Shown here piece by piece: positions 1 to 14,521 of a stretch of 64,000 nucleotides of DNA. Source of the stretch: Lingula anatina (lineage: Eukaryota; Animalia; Brachiopoda); contig JBPQGU010000016.1 in NCBI GenBank assembly GCA_051362555.1, positions 5,332,001 to 5,396,000 of the forward strand. The letters are read 5' to 3'. A program made the position numbers and the translations under genes. The stretch's first letter is position 1. Every line of letters begins with the position of its first letter. The notes beneath the pieces are model-generated. The model did not search any database. It was not told the origin of the DNA and saw nothing but the letters and a program-made list of their open reading frames with translations.

Positions 1-473
1 TAAGAATAGGAGTATTCTTTACAGCTCTATAGATTTGATGGTTATTTAGTGCTAGGGTCCAACATAATGTTGGATATTAGTGAAAATAATGTAATTGAAC
101 TCTCTATTGTCACTGGGTAATGTCACGAGCACACAGACACTTTGTATTCAGCCCCACTATATATGGTGCATCTCTTCTGTATTTTGATGTATGTTACAAA
201 ACTTTGAGCACTTTCACCTGAACTATCTATTATCTCCCTTTATTTTCAACAGCGATATACTAGGTTGTTGCTTCTTTATTCAATAAAGTGTTTACATTGG
301 CATATCTTATGAAACATTGGATTTATTTAACAATGTGGATTTAACTGACAACAACAACTTTGATTTCATGGATTTTGTAATATATATTTTAAGATGGATA
401 TATGTTCGCATTATTATATTTTAACCTTTTGATATTTGCAGATCAGACACGCACATACACACGCACGCACGCA

Positions 474-508
<35 letters not shown>

Positions 509-2908
509 TGTTGGACAGGTTATCTCAAATTATCATTTATCACACATTTCTGTCCAATAATTTGGTTTTCGATATCAGTCCATTATTTAACAGATATCGC
601 CATCCAGACCTCGTTATCGTTGAAAACAGCGTTTGTTCACTACTGTTAATCTCTGATGTACATCGCAATAGCCTGAATGCTTAGATTTCTGTTTTGCGTG
701 TCTATTTTTATTTTTATTTGGCGTGTCAGCTTCTATTCCCAATCACAAGGAAAAATGTATTGATGATTGTTTTTGTATTGTTAATGACGAGCAATGTTGA
801 CGCCATGTTGATAGCATACTGAGTGACATCCTATAGACAGCATATGGTCGGTATACTGCTCTTGTGTTCAGTTTTATTGATTTTTATCTATTGTCAAATT
901 CAAATATATACCAGACTCTATGCAAATCACTTCATTGATTACAATGTATCATTTGGCACCATGAAATATAAATTATTATGTTCCTGTTTACTCATATCAT
1001 AAAATAAAGACACCTAAACGTATCCATGGCGACAGGGACAACAAATATGGAGCATATGGACCTTTAGAACTATTTTTTCCATCACTGAACAATGTGAACA
1101 AAAGTGCATCAAATTACAGTCATCTCAAATCAAACATTACTAGCACAAAGTTATGATGCATTTCAGATATAATGGCATCGTTCATATGACGAATCTGTTT
1201 TTGAATGGTGATATAACTATTTTAATTAATTTTTTTTTAGTGACACGTTCAAAATCTTTCTACGCTATAGTGGAATAACAGTAGTTTGTTCAGAGATTCA
1301 TTAAACACACGACGACGTTATTTTCATCGATTGCCAGCACGTGTGTGTACGCGTGCGCGCGCCTTAGAAATAAACTTCTTTAGCTAAAGAGGTTCAGTTA
1401 CTTACATTTGTGAAAACTATCAACATTTCAATAGAGTCAGTTGCAGCCGGAGCTTTAAAACTTTTGAATGAAGTGCAGTCCAGCAGCTACATATAAAACA
1501 GGCGTCGTCCCGTGAATCAGACGATACCCTCCCCCCTCCCCCCCATTATGGGGCTATGTCAGTCCCAGTAGACAGTCAGGGCACCATTGCTGTCCAAAGA
1601 CAGGGACGGTCTCTACAAGTCTTACTGGAGAGCACGCCTGTACTGCCATTTCTTCTTTTAAACATGGCGGTCATTAGCCTTTGCATTCCATATTAAATCT
1701 TAATGACAATGTACTTAAACTTAATTTATGATAACTTATCAGTAGCAGCCATTACAAAGTGCTTTGCTATTTGCGTTTGCTAATTTTATTTTATTGTAGC
1801 TTTCTTGAAGTAAGCTTATTACCAAGTACCTCCCATCTTGAGCGATCTGGAGAGGCATTTACAAAGTAATTTTCCGAGCCAGTGATTTACGTCTTTCTCC
1901 TACAACATTGGCATTTGATGGAGATCTAATCTTTGAGTCGTTCTTCACCTTTCGTAGCTGTAATAAAAAACTGTTCAACCTACCACATAAATACAGGTGA
2001 ACAGACCTCCATGTTTTTATTAACCTTTCATTGTAGTACAATACGGTAAATAGCTTTTATTTGTACTTTAGCATTTCCTTTAGTATGCCTTCAATAAATA
2101 AAAAATGTTGAGTAATGAATACAAGTTCCCGACGTAAAGATGAGTGTAACTTGAGAACGATCGATAAAATTTGAGACAGTTTAGACACTGTTGCGTGAGG
2201 TAATGTGCACTTATTTCTATCACTCAGAGGAAACTTTAAAAGTTAAATCAGTGACGTTTATAATTGACATTGTAATAATTTATGCAAGTTTTTCTGTACA
2301 GTGAAAAGGATGCTCATCTTCAGTACTACATTAAAACAGACCCATGGGTATATCATTAACAGAACGTTTACCTGGTGCCAGCAAATATCGTTTAGCACCT
2401 CTTGTAATTGTTGTGGACAAAGCCAACCTCGTGTTTGCGAAAACAAGTCCTGTGTTTTCAAAACACGTCAATACCAGATTAAGCCGCTGGCTCTGTGACT
2501 TGGCTCTCCTGGCAATGAGGTGTAGTGAAGGCTACTTACCGCCATCGCGTTCTTGGACGAAGACATGCACAAATAATCGTGTTTACTTATCTTATTGTCT
2601 TGCCAATACTAATGGCCTCTAGACGTCATATATGGAACAATTTATGGGCGACAAAGTATATTAGAGAGAATGGTCATTTAATCCGTGGGAGAAACTGAAT
2701 CTCGCTAAACCAAACGCCTTTCTAGAGTAACATGAGACAGTTACATTTCGCCCGAGACATTCAGCTATATAGATAACAGAACTATCAATATGCAAAGTAA
2801 AACATACTCAACTTCAGTAATATCTTGGCTGTCGTATTTATTACTATTTCAGGGAAAAAGCAATGGGTATGCAAAAGACGTTCTCTCACCAGATTAGAAT
2901 AGTATTTG

Positions 2909-2975
<67 letters not shown>

Positions 2976-3611
2976 CTTTTCTCTTGCAGAATCACCGTCA
3001 GGCAATTATGAGAATATCTTGCCGCGATTCAAGCATAAGGCTACATCGTCTACAAGAACTTGACAGCAGGGAATTTTCATCTTAATGCTGGCATATGCCA
3101 ACTGAATGATCAGAAACTGGCGATCGCATTAAATATTAGTGAAATTAATTGGGCTGGGTTTGCAAAGGCGACAAATAATTACTTTTTCTTGCTAATCTAT
3201 CCGGATAAACAGCAAAGTGACATTTCAATGGAGTTGATCAATTTCCGAGGAAGCTTTCAGGGGATAACTCTTATCTGTCACTGTAACGCGTGGTGTTGTC
3301 TTGAAAAATATGTACACACGAAATTAAAGGTAAACAAGGCGACAGCAACATGGATAAGACACTCCCAAACATACGTGTATATAGAAAACAAATAAGATAA
3401 ATTCAGTCGGCATGGGCTTAAGTGATAATATTTTCGTATCCCTTCAAACAAACTACAACTAGCCGGAGTGTTTGGATTTCTTATCGGAAACAAATACCTA
3501 CTTGCGTGAAAACGTACTATTTCATCTAGGGCTACTTTCGGCAGGAGTCGCTGTTGTTTGAAACAAAATTTTGTTCCATTTATAGGCAGAAAACCCTGCT
3601 GGAGGGAACAT

Positions 3612-4356
3612 GTACCATAGCGGACAGAGACCCCTGTCTGAGGGTACCATAGCGGACAGAGACCCCTGTCTGAGGGTACCATAGCGGACAGAAACCTCTG
3701 TCTGAGGGTACCATAGCGGACAGAGACCTCTGTCTGAGGGTACCATAGCGGACAGAGACCTCTGTCTGAGGGTACCATAGCGGACAGAGACCCCTGTCTG
3801 AGGGTACCATAGCGGACAGAGACCCCTGTCTGAGGGTACCATAGCGGACAGAGACCTCTGTCTGAGGGTACCATAGCGGACAGAGACCTCTGTCTGAGGG
3901 TACCATAGCGGACAGAGACTCCTGTCTGAGGGTACCATAGCGGACAGAGACCTCTTGTCTGAGGGTTCCATAGCGGACAGAGACCTCTGTCTGAGGGTAC
4001 CATAGCGGACAGAGACCCCTGTCGGAGGGTACCATAGCGGACAGAGACCTCTGCCTGAGGGGACCATAGCGGAAAGAGACCTCTGTCTGAGGGTACCATA
4101 GCGGACAGAGACCCCTGTTAGGGGGATCATAGCGGACAGAGACCTCTGTCGGAAGGTACTGCGGCGGACAGAGACCCCTGTTAGGGGGGACCATAGCGGA
4201 CAGAGATCTCTGTCGGAAGGTACCGCGGCGGACAGAGACCCCTGTTAGGGGGGACCATAGCGGACAGAGACCCCTGTTAGGGGGATCATAGCGGACAGAG
4301 ACCACTGTCTGAAGGTACCGCGGCGGACAGAGACCTCTGTCGGAGGGTACCATAGC
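3612..4356. repeat. 32-bp minisatellite (~23 units) with an internal inverted repeat, in the PKG intron
   Basis: Unit GTACCATAGCGGACAGAGACCTCTGTCTGAGG, period 32. It contains GACAGAG-ac-CTCTGTC and GGTACC palindromes, and units diverge toward the right end. It produces the repetitive ORFs at 3278-4434. Confidence 0.95.
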
Positions 4357-4395
4357 AGAAAAACTGGGGGTGTAACCCCAATTAAACCCCCTCCC

Positions 4396-4426
<31 letters not shown>

Positions 4427-5299
4427 ACACACACACACCTCGCCGGCTCTTTCGCTTATGACTACTGAGCTACTGAGTCGGATAATAAGAGCCCAGGCCA
4501 CTTAGTTATTGTCCACGACTAAGTGGCTGAGCGGACACAAGGACAGTGCAACGATCAAGAACGGAAGTCGCCCTAATTCAGAACCGAGCATGTGCGCCCA
4601 AAATTGCGTTTACACATTAATCGCATTGTTGTGATTCCGGCTCGAATCCAGTAAGGAGCAATTCGGGTTAATTTTCTGGGAAAACGAGTCAGTGCCTTGC
4701 ACATTCGACTTGATGTATGAACCGCTTTGCCGGCAGTAGTCGGCTCGGCTCGAGTTGGGATTCCTAGATCGGAATCAGATTTTTTTTATTTCTGACTAAT
4801 GTAAATGTACCTAAGTATTTCTTATACAGGTTATCTGTAGAAATGTGAAGGGGTTTGTTTGTCTGCCGGCACAACCAGTCCAGGCTTATCAGATCGGACT
4901 CATTTCACGTTGTCGATGGTTGGGACCTTTCCGCTTTACAAGTGTGCCAATCGCAAAAATAAATTACCTTTCGCGAGGAAATGGGATAATATGATTTTCC
5001 AATTAGGTCGATAGAAAGGCCAGACCTTGCTAGGCTGCGGATGTCGCTGGATTTCTTCCCAGACTTCTTTCTATCCCTCTCCCCACCATTGGAATGACAC
5101 CAGCTGTGTATGATATGATATGTGATATGATATAATATGATATTTTGCACATTATTCATCCTATGAGATGCGCGTTGAGACAATCTTCGACATTTAATTC
5201 TATTTTCCAAAAGATAAAAAAAAGGCACGAGAGTAAGGTTGGTTTGATCACCAATCTCCTCATATCAACTGTTTTGTCCCCCATTTAATTTAACCTTTA

Positions 5300-5353
<54 letters not shown>

Positions 5354-6801
5354 AGCGAGATGACCATTCCCCGTGACCATGTGAAGTTCAATAGATCACC
5401 AGCTAAGATCAACTTGAAAGCGTTTATTCAACAATAGGACCAAACGTGTGCCGCTTAAAGCTGTTGGCTTAGTATCTAGATATACTAAATTGTTGATATT
5501 ACTTTCATAGGTAAATATAACACAGACAACACGGGGTAGTGTTAAGTTCCGTAGATTTGTTTAGTTCCCCGCTAAACATAGAGTTTGCGTTTAGTGCCAC
5601 CAGGCAGGATTTCATGTTTTTACACATATTTGCCATTGCTGTAAAATTAATGAATCCCGGCATTTTACAATACCGCACTGATTAAACAGATGGGAAAATC
5701 ATAATTAAAGTAAGAATTATATTCTTGGTTTATTTCTAAAAACGTCAGAAAAACACACAGGTTTTCCCGTCATTTCACGCGTGTTCATTTCGCATAAAAT
5801 GGAAAGCCTGGGTCACTAATATTTAAGGGTACATAGTGATTATAGGCACACGGTCTTAGCAAACAGTATATAGCTCTTGACCATCTAAAGTTGACCCCTT
5901 TTAAATGGCATATCGCGTGATATGGGGGCCTTTAAAATGAAAACATATGTTTTCTTACTAAAATTATTACTTATCGCTACTGTATGCTGTCCGGATAGGG
6001 TTTGTCACGACAAGTAAAGCGACTGCAAACTGAGCCATATAACGTTTCCCTGCTACACTCAACTTTTACTATCCCGCGGTTACTTTGACTGTGATTAACA
6101 ACGATGCCCTTTTGATTGGGTGGTTGAAATCTACCTACCTTTAAATTAATGTCAAAATTACTCGATCACTGACGCTTTAAATCTACCTACCTTAAAATTA
6201 ATGTCAAAATTACTGGATCACTGAGCAGAAAACACGAAATTTCACTAAGCAAAAAACAAAAATACATCCCCACTGATTCCCCAGTTAATATTATTAGCAT
6301 GGCGATGAAAGATGGAGATGGTATTAATATCTATGATTGCAAGACATCCCAGTATATACAGAATGTTATTATAATGTGGTTAAGCTATCAGTCCACGCAA
6401 CCAGTGCAATATTCGGACCACGCCTCGTCTCCTGTTTACATGTATACTGACACCATCCAACACACGTCAACGTGCATGACTTTAAAACTAGATTGATTAA
6501 GTATGACTTTCTTTCTTCAAACAAACCCTCGATTGCCTCTTGTTTATATTCTCCCCTAAGCTAGCACGGGAATAAATAAGACTTATCTTCTGCGTCCTTT
6601 TGACGTTAAGAAGGGAAGAGAAAGAAGTACACGTTCTGAGTGAAAACGCACCAGGTCATACCGATAACTAGCAGACAGTGACACAGGGAACGCTATCATA
6701 TTGCTAAACAGTGGACACCACAGTACAAGGCATATAAGTACAAGGCATAACCTTAGGCTACTGACTCTGGCCGCGGCTATAACATGAAGCATGAAGCTTA
6801 C

Positions 6802-7070
6802 CTGGGTGACTTAGAATATTTCCTAAACTTCTGTCTGGTCAGCTCTGACACCGTCCTCTGAGCCTGCTGGGGCTCGGCTGAGATCCCCTGAGCACGCTGT
6901 TTCCTGGGCCCAAACTTGGGGCTCTTGGGGCCAAACACAGACTGATATTTATCCAGCTGGCTTCTTAATTCCTGGATCAGCCCATTTTTGTGTTCGATCT
7001 CTAGCTGAAGCTCACGAATCTGATCATCTTTCATTCGTAGTAGTTTCTGCAAGTCCTGTAAACTTCCCAT
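6802..7070 (-). CDS. PRKG1: cGMP-dependent protein kinase (PKG I-like), first coding exon; the rest of the gene lies left of the window
   Basis: MGSLQDLQKLLRMKDDQIRELQLEIEHKNGLIQELRSQLDKYQSV...RKQRAQGISAEP matches the PKG N-terminal leucine zipper and pseudosubstrate motif. It ends at an AG|GTAAG donor at 6801. Confidence 0.85.
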
Positions 7071-7824
7071 GACGCAGCAGAGAGATAATAACCACACTGT
7101 ACGAGTGTGTCTGTATGTGTCAGTGTAGAAGTAGTGGTCGTGTAAAACTAAAGCAAGGCCGTGGTCAGTGAAGTCGATAAATCACAATCTACCTGCTTTG
7201 ACTGCTAGATATAAATTACTACAGTCATCCCCTGATGATTTCAAAATCCCTGTAAGAGTCCAACTCTCCGGCTGAGTATTGATGTGGATGACGGTATATT
7301 TCACCTGAATGCCACTCCACGTAACTTACACAGTACTGCTATTAATCACATGACAGACGGCAGCTCCACCTTGCGAGGAGGTCGTCTAATTGAGTGGTGG
7401 TGATAGTGTTATGGCGATAATGGCCCCTGTGCCTAAAGGCATCAACACAGACATCAGTTTTGACCCTTGAGATTTTGACATGTTAAAATACAGTGGTTCA
7501 CAGTAGCGTGGAAGGATATGTTTAATGCGTACAGATATGACGGTATCAACAAACAACATGCGTACTTCTGTGCGTACACCTCTACGCGGGTCACAATGAT
7601 TCCATGAAGAATGTCGTATATTTTTCAGCCAAACTTCACAATTTTTATTTCATGGGTCGTTATACAGGGCTGTTAGATTTACAGCGCACGAAGTGAGCAG
7701 GCTTTTTTTTAAAGGTTCATAGCAATAGAAAAATATGCATAGGAATAGCGTTAATAAATCCATCGTTGACGAAATACATTGTGCACGGGGTATAGGGAAA
7801 AACTTTGATATTTTCGAGTTGCAG

Positions 7825-7871
<47 letters not shown>

Positions 7872-10800
7872 CCTGTTGCAATGATGCTGTTAAATACAAA
7901 AAAGTAGAAATAATGACCATTATTTATCGCCATTTCGATAAGCGGTCTTGGCAGACATCTAGGCATCAATTATTTGGGGCAGAAGGACTCAGTGTGTGCC
8001 TCACTCCCTGTACTACCGTCCACTGCAATCAACGACTGAAGGATTAAGTTAATGCATTATCCGACGCATCAGGGGTTGCAACTTACACTATATAATTATC
8101 GGGGGGAAATTTTTCTATTTGTTTAAATATTCAGTATTGTCTATAAGAAGTTTTTTATTAAGATATTCAGCAGTTTTCGATTACCTCTCAAGACGAGCTC
8201 AAGACCTGTCCAAATACACAGTTACGATACGCTCCATGACTTCATGTGTTGACAGTTGACAGAGGTATATGTCCCATTATTATAATAGCAGTATGACAAC
8301 ACCTTGAACTGAAATATATTCTATGTGGACCAGCTTTCAGTCATGGTCATCTTTGGGGCAAGCTGTTCCCATTCCTCACGAATCCTAGAGATTTCTGGTA
8401 TCAAAAACCTGAAACTGATTGCAGTATTTCATGCAAGGACAACAGCGGGTCTATTTTAGAAAGTTCTGCGTTAATTTTTAATTCTATGCTATAAAGTTTC
8501 GACTTGAATCCTGCACGTAATGGACGAAAGTTCCATCAGAACCAGACAACACTCTCGTGCTTGTTACCATAGCAACACAGCAGATTAATTTATTTTTATT
8601 AGACTTTATTTATCGATGGCAAAACAATGTTAAATATAAAACGTATCTTCCCCGTGGTCCACTCACGCACTATATGTGTATATGTCACTTCAGTCTTCCT
8701 GTTAAGAATGTCACTGGCCTGGTGACCTTTTGTCAACAATTTTTGTTCAAACTCTTTGTTTTCAACACAATTCCCTAGACCTCTCTGGCTGTGTATCTTT
8801 TAATATACTACAAATGTCAGCATTTAAATGTCATGACAGTCCCATGATGTGACATCCGGAATCTCAGTTTGGAGTTTACTGGAGAATCCATTCGTGCTCT
8901 TGTACGGAAGTGAATCTCCAATTTACATCTTAAACTCAGGGTAGTATAAAGACTATCAAGGAGAGATAGAGCCAGAAGTAAAGTATATCTTACAGTGGGA
9001 GGAGATGACATCTACAGGTTTTCCCAGAACATCTTTTCTAATAAAAAGTGCCCCTCGTGGACTGCCATTGCCGGTCATATAGCAATTCTAGCGTCCCTGG
9101 GCAGCTCTTACGTCTGATTAATGTCATCAATATCATTAATATGTACATTTCATCAGTACTTATCTATAATTTCATCTTTCGTTTCTTTTCGTGGGATATG
9201 GGATATCTTGAAGGATGTCATTTTTGAAAATGTATACTCGACGACATCGGCTTGGTACATAAGGTCAAAGAATAAATTCTAGCAGGTGAAAACATTTCCT
9301 GGCTCAACCTTCTTCTAATTTATTTATACCAGCATCCTGTAATATGCGTGTAATCGGTGTTGATACGATATCAAATGAGAAGCAATAATTAACGATCTCA
9401 GAAGGTGAGGAAGTTACTGCCTAACACATTGCCTTATGTAAGACTGGCCGTGAATGGAACAATTACAATCAGTGCTTTTTTTCATTAGTATCATTATTAT
9501 TTACTTCGTGTTCATTAGATAACATATTTCAATTAAAGCAGTACAAGTTTCCTGATATCAGCCAAGAGAAATATTTAGTTATTTGCGTCAGTCAATATAA
9601 TCTCCAGCCAATCGTAAAAAGATGAGCTCTAAAACTAACCCATGCCCTCTATGACGGCTGATCTAAGCCACACCCTTTGTGACGGTAGAAAAGTCCACCA
9701 GTCTTTATGACACAGACAGACTTGGAGAACATTATTTGACCGCTATTGGAAAGCTGAACGCTTTTAACGGCAGAACACGGGACCTACCTCTCCTCGCCGT
9801 GTACACGTGTTAGCGACACCGTCAGGGAATATGCTAAAAAAATTTTTAGTAGATTCTGAAACATTATACCAAGACTAGTCATTTATATTTAAATTCATTT
9901 ACCTGTTTGTAAGCATTTCCCGTCTCTATATCTAAGTAAAGAAGATGCCGTTCATGCATGTGTCACAGTGGCACAAAGGCACAGATTGTGGTAGAGGGGA
10001 TTTGTCTCAACCAATGCATTTTCACCAGTAATGTAGAGAGAGCTATTGGGAGAGATGGCAGAAAGAGAGAGGGAGGAGGTACAGACTTTGAAGCTACATA
10101 ATAGATATTAATACTTTCCCCGTTGTTTTCAAATGATCACTTAAAAATCACTTTTCTTTCTTTTTTGGGCTGTGTGCAAAAACAAAATCAGTTTAACGCA
10201 TGCATTATACAAATTAGAAAATTGGTAGTAATGGTTCAAGTCTCGGTAGTGAGGCACTTGCCAAATCTCAGTCTGTTATTAACAGCAAGGTAAACAAGAG
10301 TCAAGTCCTTTCCATTAGTAATCAGTAAACAAACAAATATAGTTATCAACTGCATGGGTCGTTTATTAAATTAAAAACGAGGTCGTGTAAATTGATTAAC
10401 GTGACTGCAACCATATGAAAATGGGTCATAGACACGTAAACATAAACATGTTTATGTTGATGCATATAACAGACAAAATAATAAAAATACTTAGTTTTTG
10501 TTCGAACTTCATACACGATGAACCTCATACGTGTGTTATGATCGTGATTCGTGATTGTCTGGTTGTGGTAAAGTCACTGGTATCGAAATACAAAACTATG
10601 TACGTCTATTGTACGTCAATGCAGCCAGAAGCCGCAGTTGAACATTGGCGCAGCACCCTCCCCCTCCCCCTCCCAACCAGCCACCAGGGGGTTCAGATCA
10701 CCCCAGATCCAGTCTATCATCACAATAAATTACTGATAATGAAAAACGAGGCATTCTTCTGTCTCAACTTAGCTACGGTTGTGTACATAAAGTATGTAGC

Positions 10801-11318
10801 GCTACTACTTATCACTTTATACCGGCATATTTACTCTTTACTTTGTCTTTGGGGTTGTGGTCTACTCATTGTGTTATAAAAATCAGTGTTGGGATTCTAA
10901 CATTACATTCAAGCAAAATACGAATCGTACATTGAAAATAAAAACACACAAGCAAAAATTGGTGGTGAAAAGGTGTTGAAAAGGCGAAGATTGGAGGACT
11001 TTTTGTTGTATTGTATTGAAAATAAGAATTGCTTACCCTGTGTTGTCTAGATAGTTTCTTTAAAGTACCTGAGATCATCAAATACAAATATAGTGTCAAG
11101 CATATTGAGCAAATAATAAGCAATAATCTACAATTTTGTACAATTCAAATAGCCAATGAAGATTGATAAATAATAAGTGAACAATACAAGTAAGAAAATA
11201 AGTTAATGTAATGTTCAAGGGAGGATCTTTTGATTTAGCAGATATCTAAAAGATAATTCATGAAAATCATGTTATGTCTAAATTTTCTTATATTCATCCA
11301 CCCACATCTGGACATTTT

Positions 11319-13504
11319 TCACACTAAATAGTCGCAGTAATCGTAGGTGAGCTTTGGTTTGAGCATGTCATTCCCCACCCGCAGTTTATCAAATCTCTCC
11401 ACCTCTTTATAGAATGGGATAAGCTGCTTGTCCATAAACTCCGGATATTCCTCAGGGGTTGGACGTTCTTCAGTGGGTGGATGCAACTCCAGATTCACAT
11501 CTTGAACGAGGTCAAACCGTTTAATCTTGGCTAGAGTATCGAGAAGGTCCTGGGCACGTGCTCTCGTGTGATGACGTCGCCAGCGCTGGAGACTGCGCAG
11601 TGCGCGATCTTCCGTGAGATCTCGAGGAACACCGTGAGACAAGTCATGGATGTCTGCTTCTATCTGTGCGTTTCCCCTGGGCGGGATGAAAGGGAGGTTC
11701 CTGTATAAGGTCATCCAGTCGTTACCAATATGGTTGGCCACGACGTGAAAAGCTCTGTCGAGGGGGCCTACATCTGCAAGGAAAGAAAACATAAACGTGT
11801 CGTCACAATTGAGGTAATGGGTAATCAAAAGTAAAATTAATTTTTGTTTGACTACAATCAAAGATCAATACTTTTTCATTGAAAAAAACAATAATGATGA
11901 TGATTTCTTTTCAATAAACTCATCAGGTTAAATACTGTAAGCTGATAGAGCAAGAGACCCTTAAACTTTCCTTTTCCATCCACTCCAATTTACCTGGACA
12001 TTCTTTTTCTCTGCTTTTTTTTTTTTTTTTTTTTTTTCGCGTGTAACAGCTAACAGCAATTTCTAATTTCGCTCGATTTTTACAATCTTTATCATGTAAG
12101 AATTGCAGAAACATGTTTTTTTAAATATAGTACATCAAAATCACCTTCTTTGTCCATCTTTGACCGCCCCCCTCTTCTGTCCAAGTCATAGAATATCCTC
12201 TGTAGGACACTGACACTGGTCTTTTGGATAACAATTTGTTTGATCATAGCAATAGTCCTCGTCACATTGTTACAACTACTCTGAAGTTTTGTTTTTTCTT
12301 TCTCAGCAGCTGCAGTCTCTGCTGCAAGTTCATTTATTCCGCCATTAGCGTTCTGTAAGGCTTCTCGTCTCTCGTTTATCCACTTTAATTTACTGTGAAC
12401 GTGGTCCAGTCTCTTTTTCATGGCGGGCAACGTCTCGTAAATGTCTCTGAGTTCGAGGTTGAGCTGGTCCCACGTTTCATTGAGCACCTCTGTGTTCATA
12501 CCGGCCGCGTTCCTTCGGAGCTCGTCGCGTCTGAATTCCTTAATATCGAGCTCCAGCTGCATCTCGTTGGTGTCGTTGCCCAGATATTCCTCCTCAACTA
12601 ACAGAGCATCCTCCTTGGCTTTAAGAGATTCTAGTTCGTTTTCCAGAGCCCTTGACTGATTTTCCTTTTGATGAACTTTGTACGAGGCTTGATAGCTCTT
12701 TTCTTGAGCTTGCTTTAAGAGTTTCGTCAGAGAGGCAAGTTTGCGTTCAGAATCCGCCAAATCGTTCTTAAGGTAACCGACGAAATTCTCGTCCGCTTTG
12801 ATCCACGAATTGACTGTGCTGCATGCGACTCGTACGTTCTCGCAAGCGTCAGGAAAGAGAAGAAGAAAAGGCAAGTGTGAGCATTCATAACGAGCACCTA
12901 ATTCTTTGGCATATGTCCCCATGAGTCCGGGTGTCACCCCATACGCACTTTTGTAACTTTCAGAGGCGCTGACAATGTTATTCAAGCATTTCTTGATAGT
13001 TTTCGACCACTCACCGCGCATGCGCGTGTAGTCTGTGGCCGTCCCCAAATGGGGGTCTGTTTCAGGATCATAGAAACTGAGACAATATTTCTCTAAATAT
13101 CCCAGAATTTTAACCACCTCGTCCGTCAAAGGTTTGAATTTTCCAGGCATGTATTCCAACACTTTCAAGTGACATTCTTGCATCTTAGAGAGACAAAACC
13201 TATCCACTTTAAAAACACTGCGAGGATTTGCTCCTCGCTTAAGAACATCTTGAATTAACAAAGCAGATCGTAGTTCAGGCAAATCAAAAGTGCTAAGAAC
13301 GCTGTTCAATGGTTTTAACCACTTTTTTATCTCGTTGCCTGGGTTCTTTCCAAATCCATAGTAAGCCTTCTCTAATGTCGCCAAATTCTCTATCACTACT
13401 TTCGTGTGCTGTGTTAAGATCTTCCGTAGCGTTGCCAGGGATTTGGGAGGTCCTTTTTCTAGCTGACCGATGTCGCTTCGACTTTTTCGAGAGAAGAACG
13501 GCAT
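11319..13504 (-). CDS. Uncharacterised ~604-aa protein with a long coiled coil and a C-terminal death domain; exons 13504-12145 and 11773-11319
   Basis: Long ORF with a heptad-rich E/K/L segment. The phase-1 join GAAG|GTGATT ... TTGCAG|AT is in frame. The C-terminus (AFHVVANHIGNDWMTLYRNL...ALRSLQRWRR...LLDTLAKIKRFDLVQDV) has a death-domain pattern. Confidence 0.75.
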
Positions 13505-14480
13505 AGTTTCCTTCAAGTCTCTGCTGTGTGAGTGCTATTTCTGGGCGCTTACCGTCGACATGCTACTTCTTTGGTGTAAATCTTCGCATGCTTACTTGAA
13601 AGAAACTAGATCTCCTTGCCTTTTTGACAACGACGTAAAAGCCACGAAATCCTCTCTTCTACTTGAGTCTCACGAAAGTCAAAAGGAATTTTTGTAACCT
13701 TTTTTAATTGATCCTCGTAAGTTTGTATATTTCACTTCACCTCTTCATTCTGCTCACAACCTATAAAGAAATACAAGAAAACGCAGCGTAAACAGGAGCG
13801 CCATCGCAAGGGAGAATTGTTGTTAAGGTACAGGTGACAAAAAGTCTCCAAATTCATTACAAATCTTGTGTTACTTTGTCGGTCTTAAAATAACAATTGT
13901 TGTAAATGGTTAAGAAGTTGGTGTACCGTAAATATTTACAATAATAATAGAAATGCTCCCAATCCGTGGCGCTTCCATTGATGTTACCTGGTGCGGTAAA
14001 TACACCTATTGATGGTCACATAGAGCCCCCCACTCCCGCCTGCATACAGCTCTACTATATAAGTGACGTGTTCTGGATAGGCGGAGTAAGAAACATTTAG
14101 ATCAAAACTATACTCGATTACTCTATTGAAAATGTTCATTACGTCCATATTACATGAATTCAGTATAGATTGCATAACAAAGTTATCATAATTTCTGAGC
14201 CAGATTATATCTCTATTTCAAGGTTATAGTATTGAATGGGTCATTTAACACCTCGGACAATGGCTATTTATGAAGTTCACCTCTTATTAGCACACTTAAT
14301 CATTTCATACTGTACATATCACGACGTATATGGTGTGTAGCCAGCTGTGGTCAACCACAAACTCTGGTCTAAGACTCCCGCCAGTCAATTGACATTTAGA
14401 CGTTAAACGGTGGGCGGCTACGGATAATTTCATCTGAAACTTTTTTAATTTTGTAATTTTTTCAAGAGTGAATATATTCA

Positions 14481-14521
<41 letters not shown>

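Noticed and set aside
3612-4356. CRISPR-like palindromic 32-bp repeats and long overlapping ORFs
   Set aside because: Units are contiguous with no unique spacers, there are no cas genes, and the context is a eukaryotic intron. The ORFs are by-products of a stop-free repeat.
6127-6225. 52-bp direct duplication, plus similar two-copy duplications at ~34195-34445, ~49344-49403 and ~55773-55810
   Set aside because: Ordinary local slippage duplications within introns; none spans a splice site.
436-8047. ORFs with poly-HT, poly-I or poly-N tracts (436-684, 7717-8047 etc.)
   Set aside because: Caused by (CA)n and (TTA)n microsatellites; no coding signal.
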